This document shows positions 13,725-25,049 of a stretch of DNA of 64,000 nt, piece by piece. The DNA is taken from positions 25,172,001-25,236,000 of the forward strand of contig NC_043006.1 in the NCBI RefSeq assembly GCF_006345805.1. The letters are read 5' to 3'. The DNA is from Octopus sinensis (Eukaryota). The notes beneath the pieces are model-generated. The model worked only from the letters and a program-made list of their open reading frames with translations, was not told the origin of the DNA and ran no database searches. Each line of letters opens with the position of its first letter. Position 1 is the stretch's first letter. Both the position numbers and the translations under genes were made by a program.

Positions 13725-13942
13725 TTCTTTCTTCTATAGGCACAAGGTCTGAAAATTTTGGTAGATGAGAGGTATTCAATTACATTGACCCCAGTGATTA
13801 ACTGGTACTTATTTTATTGACCCTTGAAGGATGAAAGGCAAAAATCAACCTCAGTGGAATCTGAACTCAAAATGTAAAGTCAGAAAGAAATTCCACTCAG
13901 CATTTTGTCCAGTGTATTAATGATTCTGCCAGCTCACCACCT

Positions 13943-13977
<35 letters not shown>

Positions 13978-14187
13978 CTTTTCCACTATAGGCACAAAGC
14001 CTGAAATTTGTTGGGCTGGGGGTAGTTGATTGCATCAACCCTAATGTTCAATTGGTAATTTTATAGACCCCCAAAGGGATGAAAGGCAAGGTCGACTTCA
14101 AAGGAATTTGAACTTAGAACATAAAGACGGAAAAAATGCTGCTAAGCATTTTACCTGGTTTGCTAATAATTGTGCCAGCTTGCCACC

Positions 14188-14223
<36 letters not shown>

Positions 14224-14449
14224 TAATAATAATAATAATCTTTTCCACTATAGGCACAAAGCCTGAAATTTGTTGGGCTGGGGGTAGTTGATTGCATCAA
14301 CCCTAATGTTCAATTGGTAATTTTATAGACCCCCAAAGGGATGAAAGGCAAGGTCGACTTCAAAGGAATTTGAACTTAGAACATAAAGACGGAAAAAATG
14401 CTGCTAAGCATTTTACCTGGTTTGCTAATAATTGTGCCAGCTTGCCACC

Positions 14450-14451
<2 letters not shown>
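13725..14451 (-). mobile_element. Three head-to-tail family A SINEs joined by (AAT)n linkers
   Basis: Copies at about 13725-13943, 13978-14189 and 14240-14451; the last two (212 bp) read identical. Confidence 0.92.
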
Positions 14452-14483
<32 letters not shown>

Positions 14484-14540
14484 GAAGAAGAAGAAGAAGA
14501 AGAAGAAGGAGGAGGAGGAGGGGAGGAGGAAGAGGAAGAG
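14452..14540. repeat. Compound microsatellite (AAT)n-(AAG)n-(GAG)n
   Basis: Directly visible stepwise motif transition. Confidence 0.95.
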
Positions 14541-14799
14541 ACTGGTCAGCTGAGGATATGGGACCCGACCCACCATTTGTTTCCCAATGAGAACCATGAC
14601 ATCATATAAATGACATCTATCCATGGTCCTCAACTCTCAGAAATGAGATTAGGAATAGTATCCACTTATGGGTAGTAAGAGCTCTTCTGCCTTGGTTGAC
14701 AATCTTTCTAGAGAAGGTGTCTCAATAAAAATACTGGTTGGTGACTAACCTTAAAACACAAACCTCAATATTGAGTGAAAATGTCCATACAAGTGTATT

Positions 14800-15880
14800 G
14801 TATAATGGTGTAAATGAGAAAAGTATAATGCTAAATTGAAAGAGCCCAGGGCCAGATAGTATCCAAAGTTATTGGATGAAGAAGCTGAGAGGGCTCATGA
14901 AAGGATAGCAGAACAGCTGGATAAATGCCTGCAGGAAGGCTCAGTGCTCAGTTGGACGACAATAGGAAAGACATCGTTGTGTCAAGGATCTAAAAAAGGG
15001 TAACATTGTACTCAACTTTCAACCAATATGTCTTCTGCTACTGTGAAAACTACTGTCAGGTGTTTTGGCTAGTGAATTGTATTGTTACTTAGAAAAGAAA
15101 AGTGGGCTACTATCGAATGAACAGAAAGGATGTCAAAAGAGGAACCAGAGAATGAAAGATCAGCTATTAATTGACAAGCTAATCATCAGAAACTGCAAGA
15201 AAAGGAACGCAAATTTGAGCATGTCATAGATTGATTAATGTAAAGCATATGATATTATACCACACTCTTGGATAACAAGAACTATAGAAAGTATGAAGTA
15301 GCAGAAAATATGGGAAGCCTTATATGGAACCATATGAAATGCTGGAGAACTGAAATGACAGGGTTTAGGATAAGTGAAAATGAGGAGAGGAATCTTCCAG
15401 TGGGGGCAGTGTATCCCCATTAATCTTTGTGCTGAGAATAATTCCCTTGAGTGAAATACTGCAGAAGACAAAGTTGGAATATGTTCTGTGAAGTGGTAAG
15501 GCAAAGCTTAATCATCTGCTATTTATGGATAATTTGAAGTTGTTCACAAAAATTGAGGCAGAACTGGACAGTCTAGTCCATTTTGTGAATATTTTCTCAA
15601 ATGATATCAAGATGGAGTCTGGACTTTCAAATGGTTCTGTGATGGTGATGAGATGAGGAAAGTTTGTCAGAATAGAAAGAACATGTATACCAAATGGTGA
15701 AATGAAGAAGGCAAGTGAACCTGAATCCAGATATAAATACCTGGGAATACTTGAAGTAAATGGAATTAAGCATGATGATATGAAAGAAAAGACAAAGAAG
15801 AGTATCTGTAGGGACTGGGCGAAATATTGGATTCAAACTTGAATGTCAGAAACATAATTTTAATAATAAACTTGTGTGCA
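14800..15880 (+). mobile_element. R4/Dong-clade reverse transcriptase relic
   Basis: Frameshifted KSPGPD, EQKGC, KDQLLIDKLI, KAYD.IPHSWI, RRGIFQ.....SPL.F and NHLLFMDNLKLF (RT catalytic region). Confidence 0.88.
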
Positions 15881-15914
15881 TTCACAATGATTTGCTACAG
15901 CAAATATTTTGCTC

Positions 15915-16700
15915 AATGATGCCTTGATGCAGTACCAGGCAGTGGCTCTCGTGGCTTCTCATCTTAACTGATTGGAATTGTTATCATGTGCATTGTTTTG
16001 TCTTGGTATAAAAGATGGGCTACAGCAAATATTCTGCTCAATACCACAGATTTGCTTGTCGGTTGTTTGACTGTAACCAGTTGAGCATGTCCCTTAGTGG
16101 CTAACAATATGTGCATCTCTGATCACAAGCAAAAGAGGGGGAGCATCATAGCCATGTGTTGAGAGAAATTCTTTGGGGTTTGGATAATTCACCTTCAGAA
16201 ACATGGGCGTTTCATTCAACATCCTGAAACAACCCTTATTCAGGGACCTTTTGAGCAAGATGGGCTCCTCAACCTGAAGAAAATTCTAACTGGGCCCCAC
16301 CTGCAAGGTTATGCACTGTTTATCTTCATATGTGATCACTATGTTGTGCATATATGGTTGTGATGCATGTGCCTGGTGTACCCTTACCAGACAGTAAGGG
16401 TATACTGGGCTTCATATATTTTGTCACTTTGATGGCATGTACTGTTCTCTCACTCAATAATAATGATAATAATGTATTAATGAAATTGCCCTGATGCAGT
16501 ACCAGGCAGTGGCTTTCATGGCTTAACTGAGTGGAAATGTTATCATGTACATTGTTTTGTCTTGGTATAAAAGATGGGCTACAGCAAATGTTCTGCTCAA
16601 TACCACAGATTTGCTTGTCAGTTGCTCCACCTTAACCAGTTGAGCATGTCCTTTAGTGGCTGACAATATGTGCATCTCTGATAGTGAACAGGAGTAGTGG
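15915..16700 (+). mobile_element. Unclassified interspersed repeat family D: one about 550-bp copy with an (AAT)n tail plus a second 5' portion
   Basis: tgatgcagtaccaggcagtggct...gtggctaacaatatgtgcatctctgat occurs at about 15925 and 16493; a third fragment is on the minus strand at about 45670-45800. Confidence 0.7.
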
Positions 16701-17204
16701 AGGGGTCATATTGTCTCAATACCTTATTATCCAACACACTCACTGGTTCGATTTCCACTCATTTATTATATATATTTTTTTATATTTTTCCTTTTTTTTC
16801 TTCCAAAATTTTCATTGCCTTTTGCAACATTGTCAATGGATGTTGACTATGTCCGTTATTGGAGCTGAATTCTTTTTGTCTGTTTGTGTGCATGTGTGTA
16901 CATATGTATGTATATATGTTTGTAACAATGTATGTATGTATTCTGCATATTCGTGTCTTTGTGTGTGCATGTTTGTGTGTTTGCATGTATGTGTGTGTGT
17001 GTATTTGTGTGTAAGCCTCTGTCTTCTTACATGTGCATGTTTGAGTGTGTCTATGTGTATGGATTTGTGTGACTATTATATATGGATGTGCGTCTCCATT
17101 TGTGTCTTTGTTTATATGCGTGAGTATGGAGTGTGTGCGTATAAGGTTCCATCTCCTTTTGTGTGTATGTGTATGTATGCATGTGTATCCATATATATAT
17201 ATAT

Positions 17205-17365
17205 CATCATCATCATTGTTTAATGTCCGTTTTCAATGTTGGCATGGGTTGGATGGTTTGACTGAGGACTAGAGAGCCAACAGCTGCACCAGGCTTCAAT
17301 CTGATCTGGTAATGTTTCTAAAGCTGGATGCCCTTTCTAACACCAACCACTCCGAAAGTGTAATA
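17205..17365 (-). mobile_element. RTE LINE 3'-end fragment
   Basis: (CAT)n tail then gtttaatgtccgttttc...gctggatgccctttctaacaccaaccactcc, as in the other RTE 3' ends. Confidence 0.8.
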
Positions 17366-18829
17366 TGTGTGTGTGTGCATGTATATATTTTATATATATA
17401 TATTTTTGAAGGTTGTTTGTTAAGGCCAGTCAGAGAGTGACTATTTGTTTTACCCCTATAAAGTGCTTAGCTGTAAGGTAATGATGTCAGATTGAATGCT
17501 TGGAGGCGCATAAACTATCTACAATTGAAGGTAAGAATACATCATGATCAGTTAATTTTGTAAACAAAAAATTCCAGAACAAAACTCTTCTGGCAAAACC
17601 TTGGGCAGGGTAGAGTTACTCACGTTAGATCAGTTCTAGTTGAGCTCATATTAGGCCAGCAGGAGATGGTTGCAGATAGCTGCATTTCTAAAATTGACAA
17701 ATTGGGGAATTCCATGTTTTCAACACAAATTTCCTCTAATGAGAGCACTGACTAAACAGCTCTCTCTTTTTTTTTTTTTTGAGTTTAGAAAGGTTCCTCG
17801 ATCAAATGGGTTTTTTGGGATTCTTGCTGTTTTGGCCAAGCAAAGCTTACATCATTTGTTTTCATTGAGGTTGCTGCTGCTGTTGCTGATATTGTTGCTG
17901 TTGTTGCTGCTGGTATTGCTACTATTGTTGCTGTTATTACTAAATGCAATGCTGGTGCTGCAATTGCTACCATCAAGGCCACTGCTGCTGCTACTGCCAG
18001 AAGCATTGCTGATGCTGTTGTTGTTGTAATTGCTGCTGCCACCACTGCAGTTGCTGTTGCTGCTGTCACCAGTGCCAGTCACCACCTTAGCCTCATACAC
18101 TACACCTCTGGTGCTACACTGACACCCCCTCCCACTGAGCACTCATTATTACCCAGGATGAGTATCCTCCCTCTGCACATGGCTTAGGGGTGCTCACTAA
18201 TATTTTTCAATGCTGGGAACACACATCACCAGCACATGACAAAAGATTAAAGAAATAAAAAAATTTCCCCATCAGTTGCCAAACACAGATAAAATACTCG
18301 AAAGATGTCCTGTATGAATACAAAAAGATTGCTATACACTCACTTTTATACTTATACACACAGATAAGCACACACACTGATACACACATGCATGAATGCA
18401 CACACATACACACACATACACAAACACACATATCCACTGTCATTTCATACATGTGTAATAAACATGTATAAATGCTATGTGCCAGCACAATAAACAAAGA
18501 AACCATTAGACATATCTCACACAAATACATATATACACAAATTCAACCAGTTAAGTAGCAAGTTAAAGCAGTAAAAAGGTAATGAAATATTAATATCTAT
18601 ATTTTTATCAATTATTTTTCCTTTATCTTTATTTTATACCATTTGACTGCTAGAAAGTTGAAGCAATAACACTTTTTTGCTTTATGGTATTTGCTCTTTT
18701 TATTAATTTCTTTATCAGTTTATTTCTTTATTGTGCAAGTTTAAATAGCTTCAAATTATAATGACTATTTTTTCTTTCAAATTTTAAACTTAAGAATTAT
18801 TCAAATCTAGAGAGTTAAATAATCTTTTT

Positions 18830-19335
18830 GATGTAACCCAAACTTATCTAAGGGGGATAACTCCAACTCAGCTACACACATACATACCATCCGCAAAAAA
18901 AGACTGTCTTGAAATAAATTTAGAAAATCCTTCTGTTATGGAATACATTCATGAACACCAATTCAAAGAATACTGGTGGAATATTCCCATCAAAACTCCT
19001 GTCAAATTTAAATGTAACAGGTTGGATATTGATGTTTGGAACAGAAGGGCAAAGGTATGTACCATCATAGAGGTCAGCTGCCCTGCAGAGATAAATATCA
19101 CTTCAAAAATCAAAGAAAAAAAGAACATCTATGGACAAATGCTTCGAAATCTCCAGCCTCTATATCCAGACTATGAATTCATATTCATACCATTAATAAT
19201 TGGAGCACTAGATTTTGTTAGAGAATCTGGATAAACTGAGATTTTCAGAAAGAGAAATCAACTGGCTTATTCGTAGATTATAAGTGCAATCTGTGAGTGG
19301 AACAGTAAAAATATGCAAGACTTTTCTCAAGTCCC
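18830..19335 (+). mobile_element. R4/Dong-like restriction-like endonuclease 3' fragment (different subfamily)
   Basis: EYWWNIPIKT..NRLDIDVW..CTIIEVSCP..KEKKNIYG..FIPLIIGALDFV; continuation SVSGTVKICKTFL. Confidence 0.85.
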
Positions 19336-19507
19336 AAATGTGAATTTGTCTGTGTTAACTACATCCCAAAGATGGAGCCTTGTATCTTTGTTGGAAACCA
19401 GCTCCCTCCTCAGTGGAAGATTTATAATGATTAAAAAATAGAAGAGACAACATATATACATATACACACACACACATACATACATACACACACACACAAG
19501 CACATAC

Positions 19508-20775
19508 AGGTGCAGGAATAGCTGTGTGGTAAAAAGCTTGCTTCCCAACCACATGGTTCTGTGTGGCACCATGGGCAAGTGTCTTCTACTATAGCTTCAG
19601 GCTGACCAAAGCCTTGTGAGTGGATCTAGTAGGCAAAAACTGAAAGAAGCCCATCGCATATATATATATATATATATTATATTAAATTAGAGATAAAACC
19701 ACTATTAGGCAAATCAAACAGTGAAAAACATAAGCCAATACATAAAATTAATTTAAAATATAAAAGTTAAAAATAAAAAATTATTTATTAATTAATTAAT
19801 TTTATTATATTATTTATATCTTAAAAATATTGTTTAAATATTTCTGATTATTTTAAAAATATTTCAATTAACCTGAAGATTGACTGTAACCATAACTCGA
19901 ATTATTAATTGAATTTAAATTATTGTTATTCGAATTAGTACAGCCATGAAACGATCATAGTGTTTTACTCTTTATCTTTTATTAAACTTTTAATACTTTT
20001 GATATTATAAAAAAAAATTAAATAAATAAATAAATAGATAAATTAATTAATTAATTAATTAATTAATAAAATAATATAATATATAAATATAAAAATATAC
20101 ATGCATACATATATATATATATTTGTATATATATATAAAATTTATAAGTTTAAATTATTTAAATAATTTTTTATTTTTAACTTTTATATTTTAAATTAAT
20201 TTTATGTATTGGCTTATGTTTTTCACTGTTTGATTTGCCTAATGGTGGTTTTATCTCTAATTTAATATAATATAATATATTTATACTATAAAATTGGATT
20301 TAATCCTAAATCTCATTTTTCCCTGTAAGTTTGGATTTATTCCCTAATATTATTATATATATATATATAAAGTTAATCCAAGCATGAGAGCACAAAAAAA
20401 AACAACGCGAGGACGTGGAACAAATATAGTATTATTGGACGCTCAGGAAAGAAGGAGGGTTTAATGTTTCGAGTGGAGCTCTTTGTCGGAAACATAGGAG
20501 AAGGAAAGATCCAGAGAAGGGAAGACAGAGGGAAAAAAATCCCCAACGGTACACACACAGTCACAGTGTGTGTGTGTGTGTATTTGTGTGTCTGTGTTTG
20601 TCCCCCCACCATTGCTTGACAAACAATGTTGGTGTGTGTTTATGTCCCCGAAACTTGGTAGTTTGGCAAAGAGACTGATAGAATAAGTACCAAACTTACA
20701 AAGAATAAGTCCTGGATTCGATTTGTTTGACTAAAGGTGGTGCTCTAGCATGACCGAAACAAGTAAAAGAATAAA
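19508..20775 (+). mobile_element. Family B SINE split by about 900 bp of nested insertions in its internal microsatellite
   Basis: Head at 19508-19660, tail at 20566-20775; an inverted repeat and a Penelope-type fragment lie between. Confidence 0.82.
19673..20274. repeat. Inverted repeat, 115-bp arms (19673-19787 / 20160-20274)
   Basis: Arms are reverse complements with one mismatch seen (19703/20244); the 372-bp AT-rich spacer holds a hammerhead-like relic. Confidence 0.92.
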
Positions 20776-20805
20776 ATAATACATACATACATGTGTGTGT
20801 GTGAA

Positions 20806-21072
20806 GGCTCATTGGTTAGAGCATTGAACTTACAATCGCGAGGTTGTAAGTGCGAATCCTGAACAGGCTGTGTGTTGTGTTCTTGAGCAACACACTTTAT
20901 TTCACGTTGCTCCAGTTCACTCAGCTGTAGAAATAAGTTGCAATGTGGGGAGGGGAGGCCAGTATGCATGGGCAACTGCTGATCTTTCATAAACAACCTT
21001 GCCTGGACTTGTGCCTGGGAGGGTAACTTTCTAGGTGCAATCCTATGGTCAGTCATGACCGAAAGGAGTCTC
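20806..21072 (+). mobile_element. tRNA-derived SINE family E with CORE-like domain
   Basis: A-box-like cattggttagagc, B-box-like gtgcgaatcc, then tgtgttcttgagcaacacactttat...actcagctgtagaaataagt resembling the CORE domain. Confidence 0.7.
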
Positions 21073-21145
21073 AGCATATATATATATATACATACATACA
21101 TATATACACATACATATATATATACACACACACACACACACAGTG

Positions 21146-21300
21146 AGCTTCTTTCAGTTTCTTCCAAATCCACTCACAAGGCTTTGGTCAGCCCAAGGCT
21201 ATAGTAGAAGACACTTGCCCAGGGTGCCACACAGTAGGATGAACCCAGAACCATGTAGTTGGGAAGCAAACATCTTTCCACATGACCACTCCTGCACCTG
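21146..21300 (-). mobile_element. Family B SINE head fragment
   Basis: Reverse complement of the family B 5' half. Confidence 0.8.
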
Positions 21301-21339
21301 TGTGTGTGTGTGTCAGAGATTCTCCGGAAGTAATAGACA

Positions 21340-22081
21340 GTTTCTGCTACTGAGATGACATAATTAGCAGTAGAGAAGGATGTACCAAAAGTGTAATTGC
21401 TAAAATAGGAATAAGATGGTAAAAGTTCAGAGAGTATGTGTGCAAACTGCAATGCTACATAGTAGTGAAACATGGGCCCTGAATGCAGAGGACATGGGAG
21501 GAATACAGAGGAACAAAGCTGATTTGCTCTGCTGGATGCACAATGTGAATGTGCATGTGACAGAGCACCAGTGTATTGAGAGAGAAGTTAAGCATAAAAT
21601 GGACTGGTTGCAGTGTGCAAGACATGATGCAGATGGATGAGAACGGTTACTTAAAGGTGTGCCAATAACTTAAGGGAAAGGGAAGTTGTGGAAGAGGAAA
21701 ATCCAGGAATGCATGAGATGAAGTACTGAAGGCTGATCTCAAAATGCTGAGTGTTGTAAAGGAGATGACAAAAGACCAAGATATGTGGTGCATTGTTGTA
21801 CTCAAGAACACCTGCTCACCACAACTGAATTAATAACCTAGAACCAAGGTGCCACATAAAAATCAATGGTGCAGATACCATGTAAAAAGCACTGATGTTG
21901 GTGTCATATAAAAGATACCCAGTCCACACTCTGTAAAGTGGTTGGCATTAGGAAGGAGATCCAGCTGTAGAAACCAAGCCGAAACAGACTATGGGACCTG
22001 GTGTAGCCCCTGACCTTGCCAGCTCCTGTTAAGCCATCCAACCCATACCAATATGAAAAATTGATGTTAAATGATGATGAT
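21340..22081 (+). mobile_element. RTE LINE 3' end (ORF2 C-terminus plus 3' UTR plus (GAT)n tail)
   Basis: AMLHSSETWAL, RG.SR..W.EVLKADL and W..VVLKNT motifs, then a UTR with repeated catgtaaaaagcac-like boxes, ggaaggagatccagctgtagaaac and a tgatgat tail. Confidence 0.85.
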
Positions 22082-22099
22082 ATATATATATATATACAT

Positions 22100-22545
22100 A
22101 TCATCATCATCATCGTTTAGCATCCGCTTTCTATGCTAGCATGGGTTGGACGGTTCAACTGGGGTCTGGGAAGCCAGAAGGCTGCACCAGGCCCAGTCTG
22201 ATCTGGCAATGTTTCTACAGCTGGATGCCCTTCCTAACGCCAACCACTCCGTGAGTGTAGTGGGTGCTTTTTACATGCCAGACGAGGCTGGCAAACGGCC
22301 ACGATCAGATGGTGTTTTTTACATGCCACCGGCACGGGGGCCAGGCGAGGCTGGCAACGGCCACGATCGGATGGTGCTTTTTACATGCCACTGGCACAAG
22401 GCCAGTCAGGGTGGTGCTGGGAACGGCCATGTTCGGATGGTTCTCTTACATACCACCGGCACTGGTATCACAGCTACAATTTCCATTGATGTTGATCAAT
22501 TTCGATTTCGATTTTGATTTGGATTTGGATTTGGATTTGGATATG
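22100..22545 (-). mobile_element. RTE 3' UTR copy with four internal tandem units
   Basis: (CAT)n tail at left, units containing ggtgctttttacatgccac, (GATTTG)n expansion at right. Confidence 0.85.
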
Positions 22546-22941
22546 TATACTTAAATACCTAGATAAGTTTCAGCAGAATTGGCACAAGCCATGTCTAACT
22601 TAATAGCAACACCTGGAAAAGACAATAATGTTTCATGTTGGTACTCGTGTCACATAAAAACCACTGGTGATAGTGCCATGTGAAAAGCATATGGGTCACC
22701 GTAGACCATTCAAATAAAAAGTTATTGTTAGCAAGGATATATCCAGATGTAGGTAGTTTATTTGGAATTTCTTGGAGATATTCATTGAGGACCCATTTGA
22801 ATGTTATGAGATCTTTTTCTTCTCTTGTGTCTCTTGGCATGATGTTAAAGAGAACAGGGCTAGATGCATGTGCATGTTTGTGTGTATATATACATGTAGG
22901 TATGTACATGTATGTATATATATATATGTGTGTATATATAT

Positions 22942-23328
22942 ATCATCATCATCATCATTTAGCGTCCGTTTTCCATGCTAGCATGGGTTGGACGGTTCTA
23001 CTGGGGTCTGTGAAGCCAGAAGGCTTCATCAGGCCCAGTCAAATCTGGCAGTGTTTCTACGGCTGGATGCCCTTCCTAACGCCAACCACTCCGTGAGTGT
23101 AGTGGGTGCTTTTTACGTGCCACCCGCACTGGTGCCAGACAGAGCTGGCAAACGGCCACGAACGGATGGTGCTTTTTATGTGCCACCGGCACGAGGGCCA
23201 GGCGAGGCTGGCAACGGACACGAAACGGGGCGGTGCTGGCAACGGTCGCGAAACGGAAAGTTCTCTTACATGCCACTGGCACTGGTAACACATCTGCAAT
23301 TTCCATTGATCGATTTCGATTCTGATCC
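22942..23328 (-). mobile_element. RTE 3' UTR copy with three internal units
   Basis: Closely similar to the 22100-22545 copy. Confidence 0.85.
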
Positions 23329-23911
23329 TATGTAATGTGTGTATGTATATGTTGTAGAATTTTATGTAATCTAAAATAAACTTAAATATGTCTCACATAA
23401 ATAGTAAGTGACCCTCCTATTTTCATATCTTATGCCTAAACATTTTGTCTCTTCATCTGTGTATTTCTCCTCCACTCTATCTGTATGTGTCTGTCTGTCT
23501 GGATGTATGTGTGTATGTGTGTACATGTCCATGTGTTATGTATATTCAGTTGGATATATGTGTGTACATTTGTACATCTCTATCTGTATGTGTATATGCA
23601 TAGGTGTGCATGTTTGTATCTAAGCATGTGTGTGTGTGTGTGTTTATATTTATGTACAATGGTGAGTCTATATTTATATATGGGTCTATATTCATATATT
23701 GTATATATGTAGTTATATTTGACTCCATATGTATGTGTGTATATATGTAGTTATATTTGACTCCATATGTATGTGTGTGTTTATATATGTGTGTTTTATT
23801 TTTATTGGTCTTATTTATGTAGTTAATTATGTTACATGCATGTATATTTGTATATATTTTTATGTGTACGTATCTTCTGTTAGTGTATGTCTTTGTGTGT
23901 ATGTGTGTGTG

Positions 23912-23918
23912 TATATAT

Positions 23919-24010
<92 letters not shown>
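23912..24010. repeat. (TA)n microsatellite inside a TG/TA-rich low-complexity zone (about 23450-24300)
   Basis: Directly visible. Confidence 0.97.
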
Positions 24011-24012
<2 letters not shown>

Positions 24013-24458
24013 GTAATTATATACATGAGCAATTGTATATATGTATGTATACATGAGCATATCCATATATTGTATAAGTATGTATGCATATGTATATATA
24101 TATGTTTATGTGTATGTATACATACACATATGTATGTTTATATACACGCTTATATATACATACATCTTTGTGTGTGTGTATGTATTTATGTAAATATGCT
24201 TGTTTATATAGTTATGTGTGTGTGTGTGTGTGTCTGTCTGTCTGTCTGTCTGTCTGTATGGCTGGGCATATGTGTTGGTGTCAGACTATGACTGGGTGAA
24301 GTTGTGAATTATCTTTATGTCTATAAGCTGCATCCATGTGCATGTGGATGCATACAGTTGGGTAGGTGTACAGATTTACTGTTTATACATAAGTGTCTTT
24401 ATAAGAGCATACGTCTGTTCATCAACATATTTTTTAGCATCCCTCTTTATATGTTTGC

Positions 24459-24870
24459 AGGTACAAGCATGGCTGTGTGGTTAAAAAGCTTGCTTCCCAA
24501 TCACATGCTTCCAGGTTTAATCTTACTGCATAGCACCTTGGGCAAGTGTTTTCTACTATAGCCTCGGATCAATCCACTCGGATGAGTGGATTTGTTAGAT
24601 GGAATCTGCAAGAAGCCTGTCATATATGCATATGTATGTTTTTCTATGTATGTATGTCTGTGTTTGTCCCCACCACCATCACCACCACTTGACAGCCAGT
24701 GTTGGTGTATTGCATTCTCGTCACTTAGTGGTTCAACCAAACAAACCGATAAAATAAGTACCAGGCTTAAGAAAGAAGTACAAGGGTCAATTCATTCAGC
24801 TAAAAATTCAAGGTGGTGCCCCAGATTGGCTACAGTCTAATGACTGAAACAAGAAAAATAGATAAAAGAT
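24459..24870 (+). mobile_element. SINE family B
   Basis: Full head-microsatellite-tail layout. Confidence 0.85.
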
Positions 24871-24871
24871 A

Positions 24872-24908
<37 letters not shown>

Positions 24909-25049
24909 TATGTGTCCCTTTATACATATTTGCATTTATGTTTACATGCATTTATATATATGTCTGTATATATGTATGTTTATGTATCATACATATATAT
25001 ATATATAGAGAGAGATATAGGTATGTATATAAATGTGTGTATATATGTA

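Noticed and set aside
17830-18150. Poly-Ala / Asn-Ser-rich ORFs suggesting a transcription-factor tract
   Set aside because: Degenerate (GCT/GTT)n repeat open in multiple frames on both strands, with no flanking exon signals or domain.
22255-22460. Repeat-spacer pattern resembling a CRISPR array
   Set aside because: The linkers are homologous to each other, the array is inside a LINE 3' UTR present in several copies, the DNA is eukaryotic and no cas-like ORFs exist.
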